This document shows, piece by piece, positions 41,901 to 53,854 of a stretch of 64,000 bases of DNA. Origin of the DNA: Macrostomum lignano (Eukaryota); NCBI GenBank assembly GCA_002269645.1, contig NIVC01000516.1:62001-126000 (forward strand), given 5' to 3'. The position numbers and the translations under genes are program-made. Every line of letters starts with the position of its first letter. Positions within the stretch are counted from its first letter, which is position 1. Under the pieces are notes generated by a model. It did no database searches, was not told where the DNA came from, and saw only the letters and a program-made list of their open reading frames with translations.

Positions 41901-44900
41901 CCGAGTGTTCAAACAAGAGTCCACTACCGAGTGTTCAACGGAGCTCAGAGTCCCCTACCGAGTGTTCAAACAAGAGTCCACTACCGAGTGTTCAACGGAG
42001 CTCAGAGTCCACTACCGAGTGTTCAACGGAGCTCAGAGTCCACTACCGAGTGTTCAACGGAGCTCAGAGTCCCCTACCGAGTGTTCAAACAAGAGTTCAC
42101 TACCGAGTGTTCAACGGAGCTCAGAGTCCACTACCGAGTGTTCAACGGAGCTCAGAGTCCCCTACCGAGTGTTCAACGGAGCTCAGAGTCCCCTACCGAA
42201 TGTTCAACGGAGCTCAGAGTCCCCTACCGAGTGTTCAACAATGCTCAGAGTCCCCTACCGAGTGTTCAACAATGCTCAGAGTCCCCTACCGAGTGTTCAA
42301 ACAAGAGTCCACTACCGAGTGTTCAACGGAGCTCAGAGTCCCCTACCGAGTGTTCAACAATGCTCAGAGTCCCCTACTGAGTGTTCAACAATGCTCAGAG
42401 TCCCCTACCGAGTGTTCAACAATGCTCAGAGTCCCCTACCGAGTGTTCAACAATGCTCAGAGTCCCCTACCGAGTGTTCAAACAAGAGTCCACTACCGAG
42501 TGTTCAACGGAGCTCAGAGTCCCCTACCGAGTGTTCAACAATGCTCAGAGTCCCCTACTGAGTGTTCAACAATGCTCAGAGTCCCCTACCGAGTGTTCAA
42601 ACAAGAGTTCACTACCGAGTGTTCAAACAAGAGTTCACTACCGAGTGTTCAAACAAGAGTTCACTACCGAGTGTTCAACGGAGCTCAGAGTCCCCTACCG
42701 AGTGTTCAACAATGCTCAGAGTCCCCTACCGAGTGTTCAAACAAGAGTTCACTACCGAGTGTTCAACGGAGCTCAGAGTCCCCTACCGAATGTTCAACGG
42801 AGCTCAGAGTCCCCTACCGAGTGTTCAAACAAGAGTCCCCTACCGAGTGTTCAACCGAGCTCAGAGTCCCCTACCGAGTGTTCAACCGAGCTCAAAGTCC
42901 CCTACCTTTGGGCAGTGCTCCTAAAGTAGTGGTGTTTATGTCCAAAATTTTCATGATTTTGCTATGGGTGCGTGATTCATAGTTGTTAATTAATTAATAC
43001 ATAATATATATCGTAGTATATTAGTGCGAAAAAACTATTTTGCAGTGAAAGTGTTACTTTATACTTATATAAACATAAATAATTGCTCAAATGAGAACAG
43101 ACCCAAGGGTGCTTTTCTCTCAAGAGTCTCTTGTCTTATGCGTACCCCAGCAACAAGGAAAACAGCTGGGGGGGGGGACAGTTCAGTGTCTCGCTCCCAG
43201 CTTATCGGATATTTACATGATCTCGGCAAAGACCCTGGGAAATGCTAATTTTTCTGTTAGAAAGTCAGGCTTGCAGTGATCGACTGACTCGAAAGGAAAT
43301 TGTCGTCAATCGAGGAGAGTGCGAATCGAGCTCTCCTCTCACTCCAGTAAACTATTTACTAATTTTAACTGTTTCATGAACTGAACGAGTAGCGCGTTGA
43401 AATCATTAATTTAATTTGAAGCTCCACTGTCGCTCGTATTGATTACTGAACTACAGTAGTACAAGTATTACTTTTCAGAATTATTCCTTACTTGGGACGC
43501 TTCTTTGGGGACTTAGGGGCTTTAGCACCAAGGGGCTTTAGCACCAAGGGGCTTTAGCACCAAGGGGCTTTAGCACCAAGGGGCTTTAGCACCAAGGGGC
43601 TTTAGCACCAAGGGGCTTTAGCACCAAGGGGCTTTAGCACCAAGGGGCTTTAGCACCAAGGGGCTTTAGCACCAAGGGGCTTTAGCACCAAGGGGCTTTA
43701 GCACCAAGGGGCTTTAGCACCAAGGGGCTTTAGCACCAAGGGGCTTTAGCACCAAGGGGCTTTAGCACCAAGGGGCGCCAGCACCAAGGGGCGCCAGCAC
43801 CAAGGGGCTTTAGCACCAAGGGGCTTTAGCACCAAGGGGCTTTAGCACCAAGGGGCTTTAGCACCAAGGGGCGCCAGCACCAAGGGGCTTTAGCACCAAG
43901 GGGCTTTAGCACCAAGGGGCTTTAGCACCAAGGGGCTTTAGCACCAAGGGGCTTTAGCACCAAGGGGCTTTAGCACCAAGGGGCTTTAGCACCAAGGGGC
44001 TTTAGCACCAAGGGGCTTTAGCACCAAGGGGCTTTAGCACCAAGGGGCTTTAGCACCAAGGGGCTTTAGCACCAAGGGGCTTTAGCACCAAGGGGCTTTA
44101 GCACCAAGGGGCTTTAGCACCAAGGGGCTTTAGCACCAAGGGGCTTTAGCACCAAGGGGCTTTAGCACCAAGGGGCTTTAGCACCAAGGGGCTTTAGCAC
44201 CAAGGGGCTTTAGCACCAAGGGGCTTTAGCACCAAGGGGCTTTAGCACCAAGGGGCTTTAGCACCAAGGGGCTTTAGCACCAAGGGGCTTTAGCACCAAG
44301 GGGCTTTAGCACCAAGGGGCTTTAGCACCAAGGGGCTTTAGCACCAAGGGGCTTTAGCACCAAGGGGCTTTAGCACCAAGGGGCTTTAGCACCAAGGGGC
44401 TTTAGCACCAAGGGGCTTTAGCACCAAGGGGCTTTAGCACCAAGGGGCTTTAGCACCAAGGGGCTTTAGCACCAAGGGGCTTTAGCACCAAGGGGCTTTA
44501 GCACCAAGGGGCTTTAGCACCAAGGGGCTTTAGCACCAAGGGGCTTTAGCACCAAGGGGCTTTAGCACCAAGGGGCTTTAGCACCAAGGGGCTTTAGCAC
44601 CAAGGGGCGCCAGCACCAAGGGGCTTTAGCACCAAGGGGCTTTAGCACCAAGGGGCGCCAGCACCAAGGGGCGCCAGCACCAAGGGGCGCCAGCACCAAG
44701 GGGCGCCAGCACCAAGGGGCGCCAGCACCAAGGGGCGCCAGCACCAAGGGGCGCCAGCACCAAGGGGCGCCAGCACCAAGGGGCGCCAGCACCAAGGGGC
44801 GCCAGCACCAAGGGGCGCCAGCACCAAGGGGCGCCAGCACCAAGGGGCGCCAGCACCAAGGGGCGCCAGCACCAAGGGGCGCCAGCACCAAGGGGCGCCA

Positions 44901-47900
44901 GCACCAAGGGGCGCCAGCACCAAGGGGCGCCAGCACCAAGGGGCGCCAACACCAAGGGGCGCCAGCACCAAGGGGCGCCAGCACCAAGGGGCGCCAGCAC
45001 CAAGGGGCGCCAGCACCAAGGGGCGCCAGCACCAAGGGGCGCCAGCACCAAGGGGCGCCAGCACCAAGGGGCGCCAGCACCAAGGGGCGCCAGCACCAAG
45101 GGGCGCCAGCACCAAGGGGCGCCAGCACCAAGGGGCGCCAGCACCAAGGGGCGCCATTTCAGCTGCATTTTAACATCATACTAGCACTCGGGGATTACAG
45201 CAAAAGTAGCTGTCCGTCCCGACCCATTTCTGATCAAGGGATCAAATCTAGCAAACTACTGCATTCATTGTTCAATACAATATATTGATGCACTGTATAG
45301 TGCAAAGATTGATGGCTTCCATTTACATTGGAACCGCGGCCGACTCCCGTTGCTACGGAAATGCTTTTTTCCGTCTCGCATTCCCTTTTGTTTTAGTTGG
45401 TCGTATATTTTTTCACTAGTATTGGCAAATACTAGCCTACATCCATAATACTATGTATGACTGCATTGAACTGGCAGTCAGTTGTCCCTTTTAGCTCCTT
45501 AATGTCCGTCAGTCAGCTGACTGCAAGTGCTGACAGGTGATATCAATAGACTGACAGGCCGGCAATGCTTTGAATGCTTAGTAGTCTCGTTTAGTTCTGC
45601 GAATTAGTGTTGTATCTGGATTTTACTATAATTACTACAATGGAGTATCATTGTCTTTGAGTTTAGATCCTCAAATTTAAACATCCTCAAAGTTAAAGAT
45701 CATCAAAGTTAAATATCCTCAAAGTTAAACATCCTCAATGGTAAGCATCCTCAAAGTTTAACATACTCAAAGTTAAACATCCTCAAAGTAGAAAATCCTC
45801 AAAGTTAAACATCCTCAATGTTGAACATCTTCAAGGTTAAACATCCTCAAAGTTAAAAATCCTAAAAGTTAAACATCCTCAATGTTAAACATTATCAAAG
45901 TTTAACATCCTCAAAGTTAAACATCCTCAAAGTTAAACATCCTTAAAGTTAAACATCCTCAAAGTTAAACATCCTCAAAGTTAAACATCCTCAAAGTTAA
46001 ACATCCTCAAAGTTAAACATCCTCAAAGTTAAACATCCTCAAAGTTAAACATCCTTAAAGTTAAACATCCTCAAAGTTAAACATCCTCAAAGTTAAACAT
46101 CCTCAAACTCAATGTTAAACATCCTCAAAGTTAAATATCCTCAAAGTTGAACATCCTCAAAGTTTAACATCCTCATAATTAAACATCACCAAAGTTTATA
46201 TCCTCAAATTTAAAAATCATCACAGTTTGACACCCCAAAGGTTACTCACCCGACAAGTACTGTATGTCGCAATTGGATGTATTCCAGCTAGTAAGCACAA
46301 ACTGCGGCAGGTGAAAGTCTTTGTTCACTTCAAACGGTTTAGATTTGCGCCATTGAAGAATCAGCTCCTGTTTTGTGAACCGATCTATAAACACAGGAAA
46401 GTCTGCCAAATGAAAACAGTAACAAATTATTTTACTAAAACAGCAGTTAGAACTCACAGCTTTCCATGTTGATCTCGCAGACCTGCGTGTCCAATGGGAA
46501 TCGGTAGAGGGCCATGTGGCAGCCAAGCCTGAGGCTGATTCTGCAAAGACGTGGCGTTTGGGCAGTGACTAAGTAACTAGCAAGGTAGATATTCATATTA
46601 TTATTCTACTGTAGTTACCATAATTACCACACAATGCAGTAAAACTCCATGTAAATAATGTACGTGACTGTGTTTGCCATGTTATATAAAACAAGGACAC
46701 CCTCATGCAACGCTTTTGACCACATCGTTTCAACACAATTCTGCCCATTCCGCTCACTCCTCAGCACTACAAGCGCGCCAATACTGTACGCAGGCACGAA
46801 CTCATACACACGCTCACGTAGGGTGTACAGAGGCCCTGACTTTCTAATTGGCAGGCATGTACACTATCTGTGCCTTGGGGGTTGGCCCTCATGGCTGTGA
46901 ACCGCACGACAGCCCCCCCCCCAGCCAATTCTCGTGCACACCAACCCCAGAATCGCACAGAATCGAATCAGGGGTCATGGCTCTGCCGTCCAGGAAACCA
47001 CTAAGCTGATGGAACGTTTAAACTGTAACAGCTTGAGTCTGCTCGTAGAATTGACGCCCTTGAGGCCCAACCCCCAAGGCACAGTGAAGTGTACATGCCC
47101 AACGATAAATAAATTTAGGGCCGCTGTACACTGCTTTGTGAGTGTGTGCCCGTGCGTATGACTGCGTACGTATCCGCGCGCTTGTGTGCCTGCTCAGGGG
47201 AGTGGGCGGAATGGGTAGTAATGCCCATTTGTGTTGACAATGTCGCTTAAAGTGCGCCAGGGTGCACACATCCACCTGCCTCTAATTAAAATCATTATAT
47301 TACTAATTTAGGTTATTTAAAATCCTTAAAACATCGCCAATAAACAGTCAAATGGTTAAAACTGCAGGCATCACGCGGGAACCTACCTGGTAGAGTAGTA
47401 AACATCACCGTTCGGTTTGACTCTGAGCAGCTTGTTCGGTATCGTAATGTCGTGATATTTAGCCTGCTTCTCGTTCACAAAGATTATATCTGGCAGCCAG
47501 ATTTCGTCGATAAGACGCGGATCAATGGTCAGACCGATGGATTCGTTGACCGTTGGTTGTTGTTGTTGTTGGTGTTCCTGCTGCTTTTGCTTCTGACCTC
47601 TGCAGCCGCCTCCGCTGCCGATGGCACTGGCGTTGAACGCTAAACGACTGTCGTGCCAAGACAGCCGGAGAAAGATCTGAATGCTGTAGTCCTGGATGCA
47701 TCGATCGGCAGGGGTTGGAGATTAAGAATTTGGTGTCAATTTATTTCACTTAGAATGATTTTTCCCGCGGTCCAGAGAGTTATCTGGAGAATAATTGCAC
47801 TTGGGAGAATAACTTTATTGGATCCCGTGACCTGCACCTGAACTTGGCGTACTAATGCTAACTATTTGTTATTTTATGGTTCAAAAGAATAAATTCAATG

Positions 47901-49570
47901 CAATATGAGATGCAGCCACGTTTACTACTGATAATACATTGTCCAAGTGTTAACCGAAACTGTGGGTGCGGCAAAGTTATTAGTCAACTATATGCAAATA
48001 AAATGCCTTAAAATAGTAAAAAACACCCCATGCTAGCATTTTGTTTAAATTTTCTTCAAAATACCAATGGCTCCTTCATCAAGCTGCATGCTTAACTAAT
48101 ATAGTTTCCCCATTAGCTAATAATTAGCTCTCTTCTAATGCCCTAAGATTCTAAAAATGCAAATTAGGCCCCTACTTCCTAGTTAGAACGTTTTTTTGCT
48201 TGAAAAGTAGCGCTTATCTCCTATAAAAAATTCTCTCTATAAGTAAAGTAAAACTCTTTTGCCATCTTTAATTTCCTTCCATCGGGTTCGCATTCACTTC
48301 TCAGTCTTCTTTATCCTCTCGCACTCAATCGATCGACCGACCGGAATTCAATTCCTCTCTGTGCGCATGCTGCAACCTAAGCCTACAAAGAGAAATCCAG
48401 CAGCGACAAAACAACTCCCAGATCTCGATTTTTCATGGCTTCTTACTCGATTGAGAAACTGTGCAAACCGGACAGATTTGCCTTCTCGTCCGACCGGCTT
48501 ACGGGTCTCATGCTCCACTCGGGAAAGCTAGAACCTTTGAGAGGTTCTTATATAGAATATTGGATGAGGCATGAGCGTATGGTCTGCAGCAGTCGCAGTA
48601 ATCCTCTCCTCTGTTCATCTTCTACTCGATCGGCCAGGATTGGCGGATCTATGCATGGCTGGTCTCGAGTAGGCTTCAGGAAGGTGCAGCGCGTCGGTGA
48701 ATCGGGGGTCTTCCCCCCTCTCTCTACTTTCCAATAGCGTCCCTAGTATTTCTCATTCCGCTTGAGTTAACAAGAAATTATTTCATCAAGAGCCAACAAT
48801 CAGCTTCAATATAGCCTAGGTTTGTCGGCAATGCTCAGTCGATTTGATCTCACCGCTGCCAACCACCAGTGGCAGGTTAAACCTAAACTAGCAACAATGT
48901 CTATTTTATCGCTACTGGTATGCCTATGCATTTGGTATGCCTATAGACTTTAAATTGGCTAATAACCATTGCTGATTGGTGCGGTGCAGCTCATGTGCGT
49001 TATAGCTTGTAGACTTATTCCAACCAAGGAATGTTATTCGTGCCGATTCGTGCCGCTGGGTTCTAGCTTTTTGTTGCATTAGTGCTCAGTTTACTTCTCA
49101 ACTTAAACTGTCAGCACATTGTTCATTTAGAAGAAAAGTATCGAATTTTGATACCTGCTCAGTCGGTGGACTGAATGTTTGATTTGTAAACGACAGGCAG
49201 TCCAGTCCGCCGTAAGCGTCGTACAGAATCTGCTCTTTCTCCTACACAGTACATTGCAGTTGGAGTTGCATCCAGGGGCTTAGTTGATTTGCTTCAATCT
49301 CGCATCATCAGTTTAAACTTCGTCTGGGCTATTCAGCTAAGACCGAACTTATGGTGCGAGGTGAAACAGTGAACAGTCATCAGGGTGTGAGGCATGGCTC
49401 ACCAAGCTAAGAGTGAGTGAGGTATGGTTCACCAATCCAAGGGTGTTGATGGTAAGCTAAAGTATTATAACCAAAATGAGCATAAATTAGCAACCAATTT
49501 ACCATAGATTCGACGTTCACAGAGTCAAACGTGTTCACGTAGATGCCAATTTCCACTACGGTTGGGCGAC
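38931..49570 (-). CDS. Anion-selective Cys-loop ligand-gated ion channel subunit (GlyR/GluCl-like), 5'-partial. Exons 49570-49503, 47691-47387, 46540-46458, 46384-46250, 41168-41016, 39825-39554, 39092-38931
   Basis: Phase-consistent GT-AG exons, including the 68-nt and 83-nt exons typical of GABA/Gly receptor genes. Motifs IWLPD, Cys-loop [15 protein letters not shown], loop C disulfide C..C, M2 [18 protein letters not shown]3 [12 protein letters not shown]4 [10 protein letters not shown]. Confidence 0.93.
39118..39530. repeat. ~22-23-bp tandem repeat (GTAGCAGGTTGTAGAATCGGGG)n in the last channel intron
   Basis: About 18 units. Confidence 0.93.
40040..40590. repeat. 20-bp tandem repeat (CCGCCTAACAAGAGACAGGG)n
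   Basis: About 25 near-perfect units. Confidence 0.97.
41645..42905. repeat. Mixed 31/26-bp tandem repeat with core CTACCGAGTGTTCAA
   Basis: Units CTACCGAGTGTTCAACGGAGCTCAGAGTCCC and CTACCGAGTGTTCAAACAAGAGTCCA interspersed. Confidence 0.96.
43515..45156 (-). repeat. 16-bp satellite array 1 (GGCGCCCCTTGGTGCT / AAAGCCCCTTGGTGCT read on minus strand)
   Basis: About 100 units in a channel intron; two variants arranged in blocks. Confidence 0.98.
45675..46200. repeat. 16-bp tandem repeat (AAAGTTAAACATCCTC)n
   Basis: About 30 units ending near the donor at 46249. Confidence 0.94.
46735..46975 (-). mobile_element. SINE family S1 copy
   Basis: Degenerate B box GATTCGATTC and conserved body on the minus strand. 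Confidence 0.75.
47030..47295 (+). mobile_element. SINE family S1 copy (5'-truncated)
   Basis: Near-identical to the reverse complement of 13280-13550. Confidence 0.85.
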
Positions 49571-51639
49571 CTGTACAATTTGAACGTTATTTTTCTGCGT
49601 GATCTTAGTGAATGCATTAGAGAGGACGCAGGCCAGAACCGCTCAGGACTGGGGTCTATTAGATCAAGTTATAGAGTGAAAGGCAAGGCCTAATCTAGGA
49701 GAAAAAAATCAATGAGTCTTGATGAGGCCTGGAGAGAGAGTAGCAACACGTTCGATATCTTTACTGAGTAAAGCCCGGAGCCTGCGAAGGCTGCATTAAG
49801 AAACTTAAAATTTGGCAGAGTTGTCTGCAAGTGTTTGAGAGGCTATCTGTATACAGACTTTTTAACAGGATTTCAAAAAAGCGTTAATTACTTGTCCTGG
49901 ATCCATGTTAATTGCTTCCATGGCTGCCTTCATTGTCTTTTAGTCCTATAGAAGATTCTTAATACCCTGGGCCGGTGTCTGCTTTCTAATTGGCACTCAG
50001 CTAACCCATTACCAGAGCAACTAAACGGGTAGTGCTAGACTCAAAACAATAGCTTGATGAGGATGCTGCAATGAACTCACCGGTGCAGAGATGAGGCGGT
50101 GCTATGAACTCGTTCAGCATATTTAAAATAGGAGTCCTCCTGCCCGACTCCCTGAAAGCAATTTACGAGCCAGTTAAATTAGTGCATAACCTTGTAATAA
50201 AGCATTCCATTTGAAGAAGATGAAAGCAGTGTCTTCATGTCTGCTTCTTCAAATTAATATCCTGTCAAACAATTTCTTGGTCGATAAAAAGGCCGATCTC
50301 TCAGAGATAATTGCAAATCGCAGTTGCTTCAATTCTATTTATAGTTAACGGTGTTTGCAAAATGAGAATTGCATCCTCTGCCTCTTTTGCAGCGCCACGC
50401 GTCCCACTTCCAGAATGTTGTATCCATGCCAAGCCCGAGCTAACATCTCTCCAAGCAACACAAAAACAACTGGCAAAAAACCTTCCACGAGCGTTAAAGA
50501 GCATCAATTGAAGCTTGCCGAGGTTCATTGCATCGTGCACGATTTTTCCTATACTCAAGCTCATGGGCAGAGCTAGCTTTTAGGTTGGAAGATGCGGAGG
50601 CAGCTGTTGCAGCCTCAAGCATTTCCCCGCAAATCAACTCCTCTTTCCACAGACATGCGTGATGTCTGAAAAAGCCTAAAAAAAGAAAAGTTAAAAACAA
50701 GTTGCTGGCAGCTTGGGCCCGACAATGGAAGCACCGAGGAGTCATCCGTAGCATTTGCGAAGCTTGATGACAAGCAAATATCTAAAAATATGAGAATCCA
50801 CTTGGCAGCTTGGAACTGAGGAGCTTTTTTGCGGGAAAATATGCCAACTGAACTTACGCGTCGTAAAATATTTTGATGCATATAGCATTTTGAAACACGG
50901 AATTCTGCCATGCAACTGCAGTATACTCAGTTGGTCATAGTAAAAGCACAACTTGCATAACTCGTAATTCGTTTTACAATTTGAGCTGAGAACATCTCAG
51001 GGTTTTTTATTCAAAGTGCTGACAATCCTTCTTGTTTAATTCCAAGCTTGCATCTAAAACTGTCTTCATCACAGAGTCCTTGACAGAGATACCTGATGAC
51101 TCACTCATATCTGTCTTATTACACAGTGAGCTAAGAATCAAAAAATAGATTCTCGAAAGAAAACTTGGATGAAACCATGACATGCATTTAATGTAGAACG
51201 ATATGCAGATGACCTTTGCTGACCTTTTGCACGAGTTAGAGCAATGTCCACTTGGAAGCAGCACTTGCAGCAACAGCAGCAACACGAGAAGTTTCATTAC
51301 TGATTTAGATAAGGAAACGAGGACAAATGGTTGGTTTTGAAATCCGCTTCTTACTTCATTGTTGAGTAGTTTGTTAAAAGGATTTCTGCCCATGTGCAAC
51401 GATTGGGTCTAGAGTTGAGCCAATGGGATATGCCTCCCCGTGCGACTATGCTTGCTACTGTAGCTCTCGGGTGTACTCATTGGAACTTTAAATTAGCTAA
51501 ACTCATATTCTGTATCAATGTACCATATTTTTCTGCTCACAACGGCACGCAAACGCACCGACACTGAGACCGCGTGTACGGCTGATTGACAGAGCATTAC
51601 TTCCTAAAATTGAATAAACTACATGTAGCTACATCTTAG

Positions 51640-51950
51640 CAATCCCCCGTACATGTAAGCCTTCACATCTCAGCAATCCCTCGTCAGCCTTGATATCTCA
51701 GCAATCCTCCGTCAGCCTTGATATCTCAGCAATCCCCCATTAGCCTTGATATCTCAGCAATCCCCCATTAGCCTTGATATCTCAGCAATCCCCCGTCAGC
51801 CTTCACATCTCGGAAATCCCCCGCCAGCCCTGACATCTCAGTAATTCCCCAAAGCCTGGACATCTCAGAAATTCCCCCAGTAAGCCTTGACATCTCAGCA
51901 ATTCCCCCAGTAAGCCTTGACATCTCAGCAATTCCCCCAGTAAGCCTTGT
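51640..51950. repeat. ~29-bp tandem repeat (CATCTCAGCAATCCCCC..AGCCTTGA)n
   Basis: About 10 units. Confidence 0.88.
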
Positions 51951-52707
51951 AGAGAGAAAACCAACGCTCAGGTCATATACGTACTTGATAGCTGTTTTAT
52001 TGACTTCAATATCGCGTAGAAGTATTTCTTTATTCAAAGTTGATACGCAAGCTAAGAACAGTTCAGATGTACAGAGCCTACATCAATCTTGGGATGCACT
52101 CTGAAGTCTACTTGCTATTTCTTATACTTGTATTTTATTTAGCCTATTTAACGCTCTACTGACTACTAAACCACACTAAGTAGACAGTAGAGATTGTGAC
52201 GCTGATAAAGTCAAATATTCACACGAAAAAAATTTCCTAGCTGAAATTGTCACTGAGCGTGGCGTGAATCAGCTGAACGGATGGGGAGAAAATCCCAACA
52301 GAGTGTGGGGGGGGCTGTCGTGGGAGCCAAACCGGGTGCTTTCACCGCACTTGACGGCGCGAATGGGCCAGAGCAGCAGGGGAGATTATGGGTGCGAAAA
52401 AATTGACAATTGGGATGCGTGAGCATGAGAACTGCTCCAAGTACGTGCACGGATATTATCTGAGGGAATTGTGTGGCTCCCTCTTGACTTGCCGTGACAT
52501 CTCACGGGTTTTTTATTTGTTCAAGACAATGCACGGCGTGTGCAGGAGGTCGGAGCAGTGACAGAGGAACTTAGGCAGTGAATAAATATGCCAACACAGC
52601 TCAGATCGTTGACTGACAACCTGGAGAAGGAAAGCATCAGCGCATGGATGCGAATGGGGAAGAAATAGCACAGGAACAGAAATGATGGCTGTTAGTCAGT
52701 TTGTTAC

Positions 52708-53323
<616 letters not shown>

Positions 53324-53854
53324 GATGTAACTGACTTTCCATGAAACGAAGTGCGTCCTTCTATTTCCAGTGCTCATTGCTTCCACAAGTAAAAATACGA
53401 AATGAAAATAACAATCAATGTTTCACATATTTAGAATTAAGATGGAAATTTTCATTCCGTTGAGAGAGCGGTTGCGTGACAGGCAGCCAGACAGGCTGGC
53501 AGGCGGGGCTTTCTTTTATATTGCCGAGAAACAGCGCCAGTGTTCAGGAAATCAGCGCCGACCGTTGGACTCCGCTGGCTGAATGGCAGCTGGCACGCGG
53601 GACTCCGGCATTCCAGCCGCAGCCCTTATCCCTCTCTGTCATGACTAACTCTCGTTGACCGACTGAGTCTCCATCGGAATCGCCTTCCTGAGGACATTCA
53701 CTTTTTTAAATATATTGCTCCTTCAATCGCGTCCTAAACAATTTTATTGATTTTTGATTCTTCTTTATGTTCACGTGTCTGTGTCTCAACTACACTTCAA
53801 AGCATCACGCATTCTCTCTACGGTACTCCCCTGTCTCCCTTCTCTACCCGAGAT

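Noticed and set aside
41645-42905. CRISPR-like array (constant core with variable intervening sequence)
   Set aside because: Intervening segments are only 2-3 recurring short variants rather than unique spacers; eukaryotic intron with no cas genes.
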